Of a DNA stretch of 64,000 bases, positions 10,407 to 20,758 are shown piece by piece. The DNA is from a bacterium (GTDB taxonomy: Bacteria; Margulisbacteria; Marinamargulisbacteria; GCA-2716485; JAYNIM01). Made by a program: the position numbers and the translations under genes. The stretch covers positions 135,045-199,044 of the forward strand of contig JAYNIM010000001.1 in assembly GCA_038109055.1 (NCBI GenBank), written 5' to 3'. The notes under the pieces were generated by a model that worked only from the letters and a program-made list of their open reading frames with translations, ran no database searches and was not told the DNA's origin. Every line of letters starts with the position of its first letter. The stretch's first letter is position 1.

Positions 10407-10700
10407 ATGAAAGAATTGGGCATCGTTCATTTACGTATTATATCTCTTGTAGAAGGAATTTCTTTTTTATTGTTGCTTTTTGTGGGGATGCCGTTGAAGT
10501 ATGGCTTAGGTATACGTTCGGTTAATATGTTTTTGGGGCAAACGCACGGGTTTCTGACTATTATTTTCTTTTTTGTATTGGTGATGGTCTGGAGTAAACA
10601 GCTGTTGAGTACGCGTTTTAGTTTGGGGGTTTTTGTGGCCTCTTTGATTCCTTTTGGGGCCTTTGTTGCGGAAAGAAAATTAAAAAAATTGAAGGGCTAA
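10407..10700 (+). CDS. DUF3817 family membrane protein
   Basis: EGISFLLLLFVGMPLKY, G..HG, ASLIPFG. Confidence 0.85.
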   Translation: MKELGIVHLRIISLVEGISFLLLLFVGMPLKYGLGIRSVNMFLGQTHGFLTIIFFFVLVMVWSKQLLSTRFSLGVFVASLIPFGAFVAERKLKKLKG

Positions 10701-10727
10701 CGTCAAGACTTCTTTAGCTTTTTTTGA

Positions 10728-12575
10728 CTATTTTTTTGTTTTTTGTTGTTTCTTGCTATCTAAATAGACCAATAAAATCATAATGTCTGCTGGGTTAATG
10801 CCTGCGATACGTTTGGCTTCGTAGATGGTTTTAGGTTGTTCACTTTTTAATTTTTCACGACTTTCGTTACGTAAGCCTAAAATGCTGTCATAATTGATGG
10901 AGCTGGGGATTTCTTTTTTTTCTTGTTTGTTTATTTTTTCGATATCTTGGGCTTGTTTTTTAATGTAGCCCTCGTATTTGGCCATGACAAGCGCTTGATG
11001 TTGTCGTTCTTTTTCTGATTCGGTACATGTATCAGGCAAGTCAAGATGTTTGAGGGTGAAATCAGGGCGTTTGACCAAGTGTGCAAGACGGCATTGATGA
11101 TCTAAATTGAATGTTGAGAGATGTTGGGGGGTACAGGGTGTTTTTTGCCATGATTTAAGAATCTGATGTATTCGTGTTTCATTGTTTTGAATTAGCGTGA
11201 TTTGTGTCTTTGTTAAAAGATCATAGTCATGTGCTTTTTTACTTAAGCGATACCAGGGATTATCTTGGCGTAATAATAAACGGTACTCTGAACGGGACGA
11301 AAGCATGCGATAGGGTTCGTAAATGGGCTTGGTTATCAAATCATCAATCAATGTACCAATATAGGAATCTTGACGAGTTAAAATAAAAGGCTTTCGTTTT
11401 TGGCAGTTAGCGGCAGCGTTAATTCCTGCTATAACCCCCTGCCCTGCGGCTTCTTCATAGCCTGAGGTGCCATTGATTTGACCTGCTGAAAAGAGGTTTT
11501 TAATCTGTTTACATTCTAAGGTGGCCTTGAGTTGATTGGGATAAATAAAATCATATTCAACTGCATAGCCATAGCGAATGACTTTTACGTCTTCTAGGCC
11601 TACCATGCTTTTTAAAAGGGCTAATTGAATATCGGCTGGAAGTGACGTATTTAGTCCTTGTGGATAAATTTCATTTGTATGTAGACTTTCGGGTTCGATG
11701 AAAATATGGTGTTGATCTTTGTCTTTAAAGCGAACAATTTTATCTTCAATAGAGGGACAATAACGTGGGCCTACCCCTTTGATTACTTTCTGGTATAAAG
11801 GAGATCGATCTAGGTTGTTTAAAATTAGATTATGGGAGTCTTTGTTGGTATAGCTTAGATAGCATGGGACTTGGTTTTGGTAGCGGGTGTTATAGGTGGT
11901 TTCAAAAGAAAAATGTAGCCATTGATCATCGCCGGGTTCGATACGTAGTTTCTTGTAGTTAATACTATCTTTGTCTAAACGTGGTGGGGTGCCGGTTTTA
12001 AGTCGGCCGAGTTTGAGGTGTTTTTTGAGGCTATCAGATAGGGAGCTTGCGGGGGGTTCTCCGACTCTTCCCCCTTTTTTTTGTTCGTTTCCGGTATGCA
12101 TCAATCCTTTTAAAAAGGTGCCAGAGGTGATGATTACGGCTTTGGCTTTGTAGGTTTTCTGACTAGCTTTGACGCCTTGAATGTGATTGTTTTCAATGAG
12201 TAATTCATCCACGCTGGCCTCTATAACTGTGATGTTGATGTTGTTTTGAATGATGCGTTGCATGTAGCGTTGATACTCGATTTTGTCGTTTTGAGATCGT
12301 AGACACTGTACGGCTGGTCCTCGTGATCGGTTCAAGACTTTCATTTGCAGCATGGTGGCATCTGCAGCTTTGCCCATTTCTCCCCCTAATGCATCAATTT
12401 CACCTACGATTTGACCTTTTGCAGGGCCTCCTATAGACGGATTACAGGGCATGAGACCAATATTTTCTTTATTAATAGTAAACATGATGACCTTGCAGCC
12501 CATTCGGCTAGCAGCAAGGGCCGCTTCTATGCCGGCGTGGCCGGTGCCAATGACAATGATGTCTGTTTTATTCAT
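10728..12575 (-). CDS. mnmG: tRNA uridine-5-carboxymethylaminomethyl(34) synthesis enzyme MnmG
   Basis: GTGHAGIEAA, MPCNPSIGGPAKG, LKTGTPPR, GPRYCPSIEDK, AGQINGTSGYEEAA. Confidence 0.98.
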   Translation of the reverse strand: MNKTDIIVIGTGHAGIEAALAASRMGCKVIMFTINKENIGLMPCNPSIGGPAKGQIVGEIDALGGEMGKAADATMLQMKVLNRSRGPAVQCLRSQNDKIEYQRYMQRIIQNNINITVIEASVDELLIENNHIQGVKASQKTYKAKAVIITSGTFLKGLMHTGNEQKKGGRVGEPPASSLSDSLKKHLKLGRLKTGTPPRLDKDSINYKKLRIEPGDDQWLHFSFETTYNTRYQNQVPCYLSYTNKDSHNLILNNLDRSPLYQKVIKGVGPRYCPSIEDKIVRFKDKDQHHIFIEPESLHTNEIYPQGLNTSLPADIQLALLKSMVGLEDVKVIRYGYAVEYDFIYPNQLKATLECKQIKNLFSAGQINGTSGYEEAAGQGVIAGINAAANCQKRKPFILTRQDSYIGTLIDDLITKPIYEPYRMLSSRSEYRLLLRQDNPWYRLSKKAHDYDLLTKTQITLIQNNETRIHQILKSWQKTPCTPQHLSTFNLDHQCRLAHLVKRPDFTLKHLDLPDTCTESEKERQHQALVMAKYEGYIKKQAQDIEKINKQEKKEIPSSINYDSILGLRNESREKLKSEQPKTIYEAKRIAGINPADIMILLVYLDSKKQQKTKK

Positions 12576-12678
12576 AGGCCATAGTTTAACATTTTTTGTT
12601 TGATTATATTATGACTAAACTTTATATTTATCATTTAAGTATCTTTATAGATTTTTTGAATGTGTGTATGTTTTTTAT

Positions 12679-14424
12679 TTAAAACCTAAACTTAAATTCT
12701 CTGTATTTGCCTTTCTTTATTTTTGAGTAGCGTTTTCTTTTTTTCTTTTTTTTCTTTTTATCTTTATCTTTATTATCTTCTTCGTGTTCTATAGGCTTTA
12801 TTTTGCTGTTATTGAGTTGCATAAAAACGTCGATGACTTTGTAGGTGATGCGCCATATGTCGAGGATATTGCTTACGGTTCGGGCGGCACTGCCGCTGCT
12901 GAGTATGCTTTGTGAAGGAATGGCGTAGTATAGCCCGATACTTATATGATAGTTGTTAAAATTGATACTAGATTTTTCTTTTGTTTCTAAAAGTTCAAAC
13001 AAGGCCTTCGAGGTTAATTGTTTGGAAAATTGGGAGTAAATGTACCAGTTTTCATTGATAGCTTTGCGGTAATTGAGGCCGAATGTGAGTAAAAAAGCGC
13101 TGTTTTTCTCGAGCCAGCCAAACTGCCAGTTTTGTGTACGTAGCTGTTGACCATAGGCGCGTTCTTGGATGCCTAGGCCTCCTAAGAGGCCGATGCTGTG
13201 CCTCTTGAACCAATAACGTTTTTCTAGCATTAAGGTCCAGTGGGTGAGACGTTTGAGGTGGATGGTATAGTGTGGTGTTTGGGCGATGTTGATATTGGAG
13301 AGGGAAAGATCCGCGTGTATGGATAAGAACCAGTTGGGTTTGTTGAGTATTTTTGCTAAAGGGAATGTGATGCTACTTGAAAAGCTAGAGATATTTTTGC
13401 CTTCTATATTGAGTATTTGGCCATAACTTGCTAAAAAGTCGAGGCCTAAACGTGGATAGCTTTCTGCCCAGCTACCTACAGTTTGCCAGTCGCCCCATAG
13501 TTGTTTGGCTTGGTTGGGGGCTGTTGGTGTCGATTTTACCTTTGTGATTTGGATGAGACCTTGTTTTTGGATTTTTATTCCTGTGTTGTTTTGTTCGTAG
13601 CCTTTGAGTAAAAATTCGTCGCCAATCCTGATTGTTTGTAAGGGAGATGGGGCGAGTTCATAATAATCATTTAAGGCATAGGTGATGGTTTGACGCTGTT
13701 TGAGTTCGGGGATTGTTTTACTTTTGTTTTGGGCTGCGGCAGCGAATTCCTCGTAGATATCTAAGTGTATCCAGCGTGATGCATCATGGACGTTGATGGG
13801 GATTTTTTTTAAAAAATGTAGGGTGATGCTATTGTCGGGCTGTGTGAGGATTTGAAACCATAATACTCCGCCAGAGAGGCTTGTTTTTAGGGGTTTTATG
13901 TTGTTTTTTATAGGTATTTGTGTGATTTTTGTGATGAAAGGTAGATACATAAAACTGCTATTTTGTAACAACACTAAATCTTCTTTTGTGAGGGCTTTAC
14001 TTTTGCCCTTTGTTTCGGCGAAGTTTGTTTTTGAGGTATTTTTTGTAAGGATATCTTTGTTTTTTTGAAGATTTTCTTTGTTTGTTATAAGTTGCTGAAA
14101 GCTGTTTTGGTAATGTGTTTGGATGAGTGTTTGGATATTTGGTGTATTTATTGCTTGAAGAGTATTTAACTTTTTTTGAAAGGGCTTCGTGATATTTTGG
14201 CTGACTGTTTTTGTTTGATAATTGTAGAGGGTTAATTTTTTATTTAGCTTTTGAGTTAATTTTTTCTGGTCATAGGCTGTATGAGATTGTGTATGCGTAT
14301 TGATGATGACCGTGCGGGTATCGATAAGATATTTGGGGATGTTGAAGGGGTTTAGTGAGGCTGGGAGTGAAGGTTTTTCCAATCCTAATACGAGTAGTAA
14401 TGTTAGAGCATATTTTTTTTTCAT
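12679..14424 (-). CDS. Hypothetical exported protein, possible C-terminal beta-barrel, poly-Lys tail
   Basis: 581-aa ORF with signal-like N-terminus, alternating aromatic strands in the C-terminal half, and tail DKDKKKKKKKRKRYSKIKKGKYREFKFRF. Confidence 0.6.
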   Translation of the reverse strand: MKKKYALTLLLVLGLEKPSLPASLNPFNIPKYLIDTRTVIINTHTQSHTAYDQKKLTQKLNKKLTLYNYQTKTVSQNITKPFQKKLNTLQAINTPNIQTLIQTHYQNSFQQLITNKENLQKNKDILTKNTSKTNFAETKGKSKALTKEDLVLLQNSSFMYLPFITKITQIPIKNNIKPLKTSLSGGVLWFQILTQPDNSITLHFLKKIPINVHDASRWIHLDIYEEFAAAAQNKSKTIPELKQRQTITYALNDYYELAPSPLQTIRIGDEFLLKGYEQNNTGIKIQKQGLIQITKVKSTPTAPNQAKQLWGDWQTVGSWAESYPRLGLDFLASYGQILNIEGKNISSFSSSITFPLAKILNKPNWFLSIHADLSLSNINIAQTPHYTIHLKRLTHWTLMLEKRYWFKRHSIGLLGGLGIQERAYGQQLRTQNWQFGWLEKNSAFLLTFGLNYRKAINENWYIYSQFSKQLTSKALFELLETKEKSSINFNNYHISIGLYYAIPSQSILSSGSAARTVSNILDIWRITYKVIDVFMQLNNSKIKPIEHEEDNKDKDKKKKKKKRKRYSKIKKGKYREFKFRF

Positions 14425-14663
14425 TTTGTTTATTATTGGTTTCTTTTATTATTTCTGCAATATCTTTGTTCTTAACTATCTTCTTAAGATTCTTGTTTTA
14501 AGGTATCGCATTGTTAATTTTTATGAGTTAGTGTGGTCGCCATGCTTTTATTTCCCAGTGCTTTATTTTTCGGCTGCCATGTTGCGCAGGGTTTATCTTC
14601 ATTCTGTTGTCTTTATTTTGTATGCCAGGACCTAATTTCAGAGGAGTTCTATCAAGGGATAGC

Positions 14664-17480
14664 TTAGTGTGTTGCCATAAACAGTTCTAAGGGATGTTTT
14701 GGAGTGTGTGCGTGTAATGTGAGTTTGTGTGCACAGGAAAAACCGGTGACTAAGATGTTCGTTTTGACTTGTCTATTCCATCCTTTTTGAAAAATGTCGT
14801 TGCTAGCGTTTTGGTTTTGAGATTGATACCCATAAAGGCCTGCTTGACCGCAGCAGCCTAAAGGAAGGTAGTTTGTTTGAATGTTGAGTTGTTTAAATAA
14901 TGTTAGCCAGTCTTGAATGTCTTTTGGATGGCTTTGTTCCATACAATGGGCGAAGAATTGCCATGTTATGTTTAGGTTTTTGGGGCTTAGCTTTGGGAGA
15001 TCTTTGTGGTTGTTGAGTAAAAAACGTTGTAGGCTAATGAGGGGTTTTTTAAGTGCGGCATTTGCGTATCTGTATTCGTCGTGGAAGCAATAAAATATAC
15101 TGGGTTCTATACAGAGTATGGCCCCTTTTTGATGGAGTGAATCAAGCATTGTTTTGTTTTTTTGTGCGATTTTTTTGAAGGTCTGGGGATGACCTAGGAT
15201 CTCCTGTGTTTTGCCAATTTCAAAATATCTAATCAGCTGAGGATTTTTATTTAATTTTTCACATAAGATAAACAATGTTTCGATATATTTAGGGGTGTAT
15301 AATCGGGTGAAGGGGTCTTGGATAATAAATACCTTTTCTTTGTTCGTGGAGGACTTTTTTTTGGGGATTTTTAGTTGACTTGTGCTTGGGATTGGCAAGT
15401 TTTCAAGTTTGAGAAGGTGTTTGATCCATGTTTTGATTATTGAATTTTTGAGGAGTGTACTTAGAACATATCGAAGTGTGATTTGTAAGGGAATACTGCG
15501 TTCAAATTGACGGAGTAGTTTATCCCTTAAGGGGCGTTTGAAATACTGATAGTACCAGTTGAGGTAATGACTTTTATATCTTGGTATATCGATAGCGACT
15601 GGGCAGGTTTCACTACAGGCTTTGCAGCTAAGGCAGTTTGTAAGGCTTGCTTTAATGTCCTGTAGGAGTTGTTTGTGCTTATAGATGTTTGTTTTGCTTG
15701 TATGTTTGATGTTTTGTAGCCAATGTTTAAGTAGCATGGCGCGGCCTTTTGGGCTGTGTAGTTTGTGGCGGCTGTATTTATATGAAGGACACATGTTCTG
15801 AGTGAGACTACTGCTGTGGCAGAGTCCATTACCATTGCAATGAAAGATATTTTGGAAATGATTATGGTCGTGTTTGCTTAGTGTGGATGTTTGGTTATAT
15901 CGTAAAGGGCCTAGGCTATTGAATGTATTGAGGCTATACCCTTCTGGAGCAACAATTTTTCCAGGGTTGAGTTTGTTATGTGGATCCAGCAGTGTTTTTA
16001 TTTGTTTAAGTAAGGGATAACAAGGTCCAAATATATCTGGGAGAGCTTCGTGTCTAAAGCCTTTGCCATGTTCAGCCCAGACAATACCGTGATATTTTTG
16101 TACGATTTTGATGGCTTCTCTTTGTAGATGGTTCAATTTTTGTCTGTCTTCTTCGTTGTTTAGATTGAGCCGGGGTCGCATGTGAATACAGCCGACGTCA
16201 GCGTGTCCATACATGGCAGCAGTGACCTTTTGTTTCTTAAACAAGTCTTTGATGTCATTGATATATTCAACGAGGTGTTTGGGGTCGACAGCATGATCTT
16301 CCATAAAAGGAATGGCTTGTGTATTGTTGATGACCTTGCTGATGGCCCCGACGCTTTCTTTTCGCAGCTGCCAATACTTTTTTATGTCGTTTTTTTCTGT
16401 GATATGTATGCTTCTGATGATCTGTGCCTTGAGACTTTTTGTGAGTGTATGGAGGGGTGTTTTTATGCTTTCTTGATCAATTTCTATGTAGGTTATGGCT
16501 TTTGTTGCTTCTTTTTTGGTGTTGCTTAGTTGGGAGATTAAGGGATTTTCTTGGCTGTGTTCTAATACCTGTTCATCGATGATTTCAATGGCAATGGGCC
16601 GTTGTTTTTTGAGAGTAGTTATACAGTTTAAGGCGGCGTCAAAGCTTGGATGGCTTAAGATGATTAAGGAGGTGTTTTGAGGTAGTTTTGTTAGTTTACA
16701 GCGTAGTTTTGTCACAATACCTAAAGTGCCTTCTGACCCTGAAAATAAAGGGATTAAAGATAGCGTATTTTTTTCTTTATTTAGGATATGCTTTAAATTA
16801 TATCCACTTAAAAACCGTGTTGTATCTTTGAATACCTTCTGGATGATTGCTTGTTTGTTAATCGCGATGTTGTAGAGGCTTTGATGGAGTGTAGGTTGTG
16901 TTTGTAATTGATTTATTGGAATCGATGAGAGGGTATGTTTTTCACCGTTTGCTAACACAATGTCACAGCTTAGAATGTGTTGGCTTGTTTTGCCGTAGCG
17001 TAGACTGCCTTTTCCACTGGCATCTGTGCTGAACATTCCGCCAATGGTTGCACGATCGGCTGGTGAAACGTTGGGGGCAAAGTGATAGTTATAGGGGCTG
17101 AGGTAGTTGTTAAGTTCGGCTAGGGTGACGCCGGGATCTACGTCTACCCACTCTTCCTCTATGTTTAGTTTACCAATATGATGCATAAAGCGAGAGAGAT
17201 CAAGAATGATACTGCTATTAAGGGATTGACCGTTACATCCGGTTGCTCCGCCTTTTGCAGTGATGCTAAGATCATGGAATTTTTTGTTGTTTAAAAGAGT
17301 AAGTGTTTCTTTTATGGCGCTTTCATTTTTTGGATAAATAATGGCCTCTGGCACTACTTCATAGATAGAATTATCTGTGGCGGAGATGATTTTTTCTGCC
17401 TTGCTGCTACTGATTTCAGCGTCGATGTTTTTTGTTTTTAGTGTGTCTAAAAAGAGTGTTACTGTTGGATTATCTGTCAT
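14664..17480 (-). CDS. FAD-binding/Fe-S oxidoreductase (YdiJ/GlcD-like D-2-hydroxyacid dehydrogenase)
   Basis: ATIGGMFSTDASG, GSEGTLG, GHADVGCIH, AEHGKG, CNGNGLC...MCPS, CLSCKACSETCP, CCGQAG. Confidence 0.9.
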   Translation of the reverse strand: MTDNPTVTLFLDTLKTKNIDAEISSSKAEKIISATDNSIYEVVPEAIIYPKNESAIKETLTLLNNKKFHDLSITAKGGATGCNGQSLNSSIILDLSRFMHHIGKLNIEEEWVDVDPGVTLAELNNYLSPYNYHFAPNVSPADRATIGGMFSTDASGKGSLRYGKTSQHILSCDIVLANGEKHTLSSIPINQLQTQPTLHQSLYNIAINKQAIIQKVFKDTTRFLSGYNLKHILNKEKNTLSLIPLFSGSEGTLGIVTKLRCKLTKLPQNTSLIILSHPSFDAALNCITTLKKQRPIAIEIIDEQVLEHSQENPLISQLSNTKKEATKAITYIEIDQESIKTPLHTLTKSLKAQIIRSIHITEKNDIKKYWQLRKESVGAISKVINNTQAIPFMEDHAVDPKHLVEYINDIKDLFKKQKVTAAMYGHADVGCIHMRPRLNLNNEEDRQKLNHLQREAIKIVQKYHGIVWAEHGKGFRHEALPDIFGPCYPLLKQIKTLLDPHNKLNPGKIVAPEGYSLNTFNSLGPLRYNQTSTLSKHDHNHFQNIFHCNGNGLCHSSSLTQNMCPSYKYSRHKLHSPKGRAMLLKHWLQNIKHTSKTNIYKHKQLLQDIKASLTNCLSCKACSETCPVAIDIPRYKSHYLNWYYQYFKRPLRDKLLRQFERSIPLQITLRYVLSTLLKNSIIKTWIKHLLKLENLPIPSTSQLKIPKKKSSTNKEKVFIIQDPFTRLYTPKYIETLFILCEKLNKNPQLIRYFEIGKTQEILGHPQTFKKIAQKNKTMLDSLHQKGAILCIEPSIFYCFHDEYRYANAALKKPLISLQRFLLNNHKDLPKLSPKNLNITWQFFAHCMEQSHPKDIQDWLTLFKQLNIQTNYLPLGCCGQAGLYGYQSQNQNASNDIFQKGWNRQVKTNILVTGFSCAHKLTLHAHTPKHPLELFMATH

Positions 17481-17540
17481 TTTTGGGTATTTTTGTTCTT
17501 ATTTATTAGGATATACCCTTTTTTGATAGTTTTTATACAT

Positions 17541-17918
17541 TCATTTATCTGACATCTTATGTTTTTTTTTTAAATAGTCGATTAAGCGTAGATTTTTAAT
17601 AAATAGACGTGTTTTTTGGGAGGTCCTAACGGGGTTTGTGGTGATGAGATGGATGTCTTTGGAATTTGAGACCTGTGTTTTTATAGAGTAGCTGTTGTAC
17701 CTTTTTCCTTCTTTAATTTTAACGATTTGCAGGTCTTTTAGGTAGTGGGTATAGTTGTTTTTGATTACTAAGGTGTTTGAATTTATGATGTCTACTGGGA
17801 TACTGAGTACGATACGTTTATTCAGTAAATAGCTTAGGGTAGCAAATAAGAGACATAAATGTATTATTAGGCTTAGTTTGATCAAGTTGTGTTTTTTCTT
17901 TTCTTTTTTGTTGGTCAT
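17541..17918 (-). CDS. Small single-TM hypothetical protein coupled to the ABC exporter
   Basis: ATG at 17918 overlaps the TGA of the upstream gene (ATGA); basic N-terminus followed by one hydrophobic helix. Confidence 0.6.
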   Translation of the reverse strand: MTNKKEKKKHNLIKLSLIIHLCLLFATLSYLLNKRIVLSIPVDIINSNTLVIKNNYTHYLKDLQIVKIKEGKRYNSYSIKTQVSNSKDIHLITTNPVRTSQKTRLFIKNLRLIDYLKKKHKMSDK

Positions 17919-20020
17919 GTTTTTTGGGGTTGTTTTGATAGTAGAGTTTGGCAACAGTCGAAGGGGCTATTGTTGTGATTATCTGTTTGGAGTGTATAGC
18001 TTAATTTTAAGTTCGTATATTGTTTTTTGAACAGGTTTTTTTCTATAGTATGGCAGGCATGATCAAGGTCTTGGCGTGCTTTTTGTGTGGATGTGTCAAT
18101 AAAAAGTATCCACCATTGTTCTTGATTCTTATGGCAAAGGATGTGTTTGTTTTCTAAGATCAGGTCTAAAGTTGTACTTAGTTCGTAATTGAGGTTCTCT
18201 TCAATGTTAGTTACATTATGCGTGAGTAAGGCTAGCTCTAAGTTATGCTTGTTTAAGCGAAGGTCATTGTAACGGGTTAGGAAGTGTTGAAAGGAGCCAA
18301 ATTGTTGTTCGTAGAGTTTGTGAAAAGGTCCGCGGCGCTGAAGTAATTCTTCGAGACTCCCTTCTTCAACGACGGAACCTTGACTTCCGATGACGACTAT
18401 TTTATCAAGTCCTTGGAGACTAGATAAACGATGTGTCATGATGATCATTGTTTTCTCTTTTTTTAATTCTTGAATAATACGATGGATGTATTCTTCGCTT
18501 TGACTATCTAGTCCGCTACTAGCTTCATCGAAAATCATGATTTTGGGGTTTGTTGCCAATGCTCTGGCGATAGCAATACGCTGTTGTTGTCCTTGAGATA
18601 GTGTTTGACCGTGTGGATCTATTTTTGTGTCGTAACCTTGAGGTAAGTTGGTGATGAAATCATGGCAATGGGCTTTTTTTGCAAGTGTGATGATCTCTTG
18701 GTTTGTTAGGGATTTGTTTAGGCCAAGCCCTATGTTTTCTTTAATACTCAACGCTAAAAGGGGCGTTTTGTCTTGTATGAGTGCGATTTGGTCTCTGTAT
18801 GTGACGAGATTATAGTCTTGTATTGGGATAGAATCGATGAGAATGTCTCCCTTTGTGGCTGTGTAAAATCGAAGTAATAAATCTGCAATACTGGATTTTC
18901 CAATGCCTGATTTTCCGACAATACCTACACTGCTTCTTTTGGGGATATTGAAATTAAGGTTTTGTAGAATATCTTTGTTTTTGTGATAACTGAAATAGAT
19001 ATTTTTAAACGTTATTTGGCCAGCTAGAGTTTTTTTTATATTTTGTGTGTTATTACTTTCATTTTTTGCTTTAAAAAGGTCTAGAATTCTTTCGAAACTC
19101 ACTTTTGTACTTTGCCAGGCCATGTATTGCTGTAGTAATGTTTGGCTTGGTTCTTTGATCATACTTATTAAGGCTGCTAAGGCGATAATATCACCCATGC
19201 TGCAGATGTCTTGAATAACAAGGTAACCAAGAAATAAGGCAATACTTAGGTTCCAAATTTGGCTGATTGTAGTTTGTATGCTTTGAAAGATGGCTTTATA
19301 TAGCGTATTTTTTTCTTCTATTTTAAATAAAGAGTTTGTTTTGTTTGTGAGAGCTTCTTTTTCATTTTGCCATTTTTTGTATAGTTTAATGACTTTTAGA
19401 CTGTTGAGACGCTGTTCTAAAAAGTCAAATAAATCTGCATGAATTTCTTGATTTTCTTTTTGTATTTTTTTAATTTTTTTACTAAAAATCTTACTGTTTA
19501 TTGCGGAGAAAGGGACGCCTATAAATGCAAGAAAGATAAAGGGTTTATATATGTAATAACACAGGGCGGTGATACAGATGATTTGTAGACTGTGTTTGAT
19601 GCAGTTGGGGATTGTATACAGATAGAAATTTTCTATTTTGTGTAGGTCGTCGTCGATTCTGTATAGGAGATCTCCCGTACTATATTTTAGGTATGTCTTA
19701 TAGTTAAGATGGTAAAGTTTTTTATATGTTATTTTGTAAAGTCGTTGAAATAATGTTTGGCTCATGTTTAGTGTTAGCCATGCGTGATGTTGGTTGATTA
19801 GGCCTAATAATAAGGAGATTGTGAAGGGAATTAATGATAAGTAAAGGAGAAGTTGTAAATCTTTAAGTGGATAGGCATAATCAAAGACCGCTCGTAAAAT
19901 AAGGGGAATACTTAGTAAGGTTAGTTGTTTACTGATATCGGTGATTAAGCCGAGTGTATGGTTAAGCCATAAGCCTTTTTGTATATCTTTGAAGGGAGTG
20001 AATTTTTTTTTGTTTTTCAC
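17915..20020 (-). CDS. ABC exporter (permease + ATPase) with C-terminal extension
   Basis: TM domain; Walker A GKSGIGKS; LSQGQQQRIAIARA; IFDEASS; H-loop MTHRL; about 130 extra C-terminal residues. Confidence 0.9.
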   Translation of the reverse strand: MKNKKKFTPFKDIQKGLWLNHTLGLITDISKQLTLLSIPLILRAVFDYAYPLKDLQLLLYLSLIPFTISLLLGLINQHHAWLTLNMSQTLFQRLYKITYKKLYHLNYKTYLKYSTGDLLYRIDDDLHKIENFYLYTIPNCIKHSLQIICITALCYYIYKPFIFLAFIGVPFSAINSKIFSKKIKKIQKENQEIHADLFDFLEQRLNSLKVIKLYKKWQNEKEALTNKTNSLFKIEEKNTLYKAIFQSIQTTISQIWNLSIALFLGYLVIQDICSMGDIIALAALISMIKEPSQTLLQQYMAWQSTKVSFERILDLFKAKNESNNTQNIKKTLAGQITFKNIYFSYHKNKDILQNLNFNIPKRSSVGIVGKSGIGKSSIADLLLRFYTATKGDILIDSIPIQDYNLVTYRDQIALIQDKTPLLALSIKENIGLGLNKSLTNQEIITLAKKAHCHDFITNLPQGYDTKIDPHGQTLSQGQQQRIAIARALATNPKIMIFDEASSGLDSQSEEYIHRIIQELKKEKTMIIMTHRLSSLQGLDKIVVIGSQGSVVEEGSLEELLQRRGPFHKLYEQQFGSFQHFLTRYNDLRLNKHNLELALLTHNVTNIEENLNYELSTTLDLILENKHILCHKNQEQWWILFIDTSTQKARQDLDHACHTIEKNLFKKQYTNLKLSYTLQTDNHNNSPFDCCQTLLSKQPQKT

Positions 20021-20097
20021 CTCATTAACTTATCATGTCTCGAGTGCTTTTGTTTATTAGTTTGAGGGCTAAATATCCAAATGATTATATTTTTGTT

Positions 20098-20757
20098 ATG
20101 CTTTTTGTTATGCGGTTTTTGTTTCTTTTTTTTATTTGTCCTAGCGTGTTGTTTTCGTTAACCTTTCATGATTACCCTATATTGAGCCCTTTGCGTTTGG
20201 AATATACTAAAGCTTATGCCAAGCGACATTATGGTTTAGATAGCTATCATTTGATAGATCCTAAAATGATTGTAATCCATTATACGGCTATTGGAACCTT
20301 GTCTAATTCGTTGTTGGCATTTAAAGCAGCTGAAGCGTCGTTGGCTCGCTCTAAATTACGTTATTTTGGTGAATTAAATGTTGGGTGTCATTATGTTGTG
20401 GCATTGGATGGTGCTGTTTATTCGTTGTTACCTACAACGGTGATGGGCCGTCATATTGTGGGTTATAATCATGTTTCTATTGGGATTGAAAATGTGGCAT
20501 CTGAAGCCACACATCTTAGGGATGTACAATTGGATGTGAATATTGAATTGATTCGCTATTTACTTAAGAAGCATCCGACTATTGAGTATCTTATAGGCCA
20601 TTATGAATATATGATGAAACGTTATCCGCATTTTGCTTTGCGACGCCAGCTTGATGAAGGGTATGAAGCGCCGATTAAAATTGATCCAGGCTTTGTTTTT
20701 ATGCGTAAATTGCGAGACCGTTTACGTCAGGAACATCAGATAGTATTAAAAAAGTAA
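20098..20757 (+). CDS. N-acetylmuramoyl-L-alanine amidase (Amidase_2 family)
   Basis: IVIHYT, GCHYVV, RHIVGYN.VSIGIEN, LIGHYE, KIDPG; start uncertain (20035/20098/20110). Confidence 0.88.
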   Translation: MLFVMRFLFLFFICPSVLFSLTFHDYPILSPLRLEYTKAYAKRHYGLDSYHLIDPKMIVIHYTAIGTLSNSLLAFKAAEASLARSKLRYFGELNVGCHYVVALDGAVYSLLPTTVMGRHIVGYNHVSIGIENVASEATHLRDVQLDVNIELIRYLLKKHPTIEYLIGHYEYMMKRYPHFALRRQLDEGYEAPIKIDPGFVFMRKLRDRLRQEHQIVLKK

Positions 20758-20758
20758 G

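Noticed and set aside
14300..14663. ORF 14300-14635 (+) and an IS-end-like AGAACTCCTCTGAAATT on the minus strand near 14635-14651
   Set aside because: The ORF overlaps the start of a minus-strand gene and is low-complexity; there is no partner repeat or transposase, and similarity to 37016-37033 is too weak
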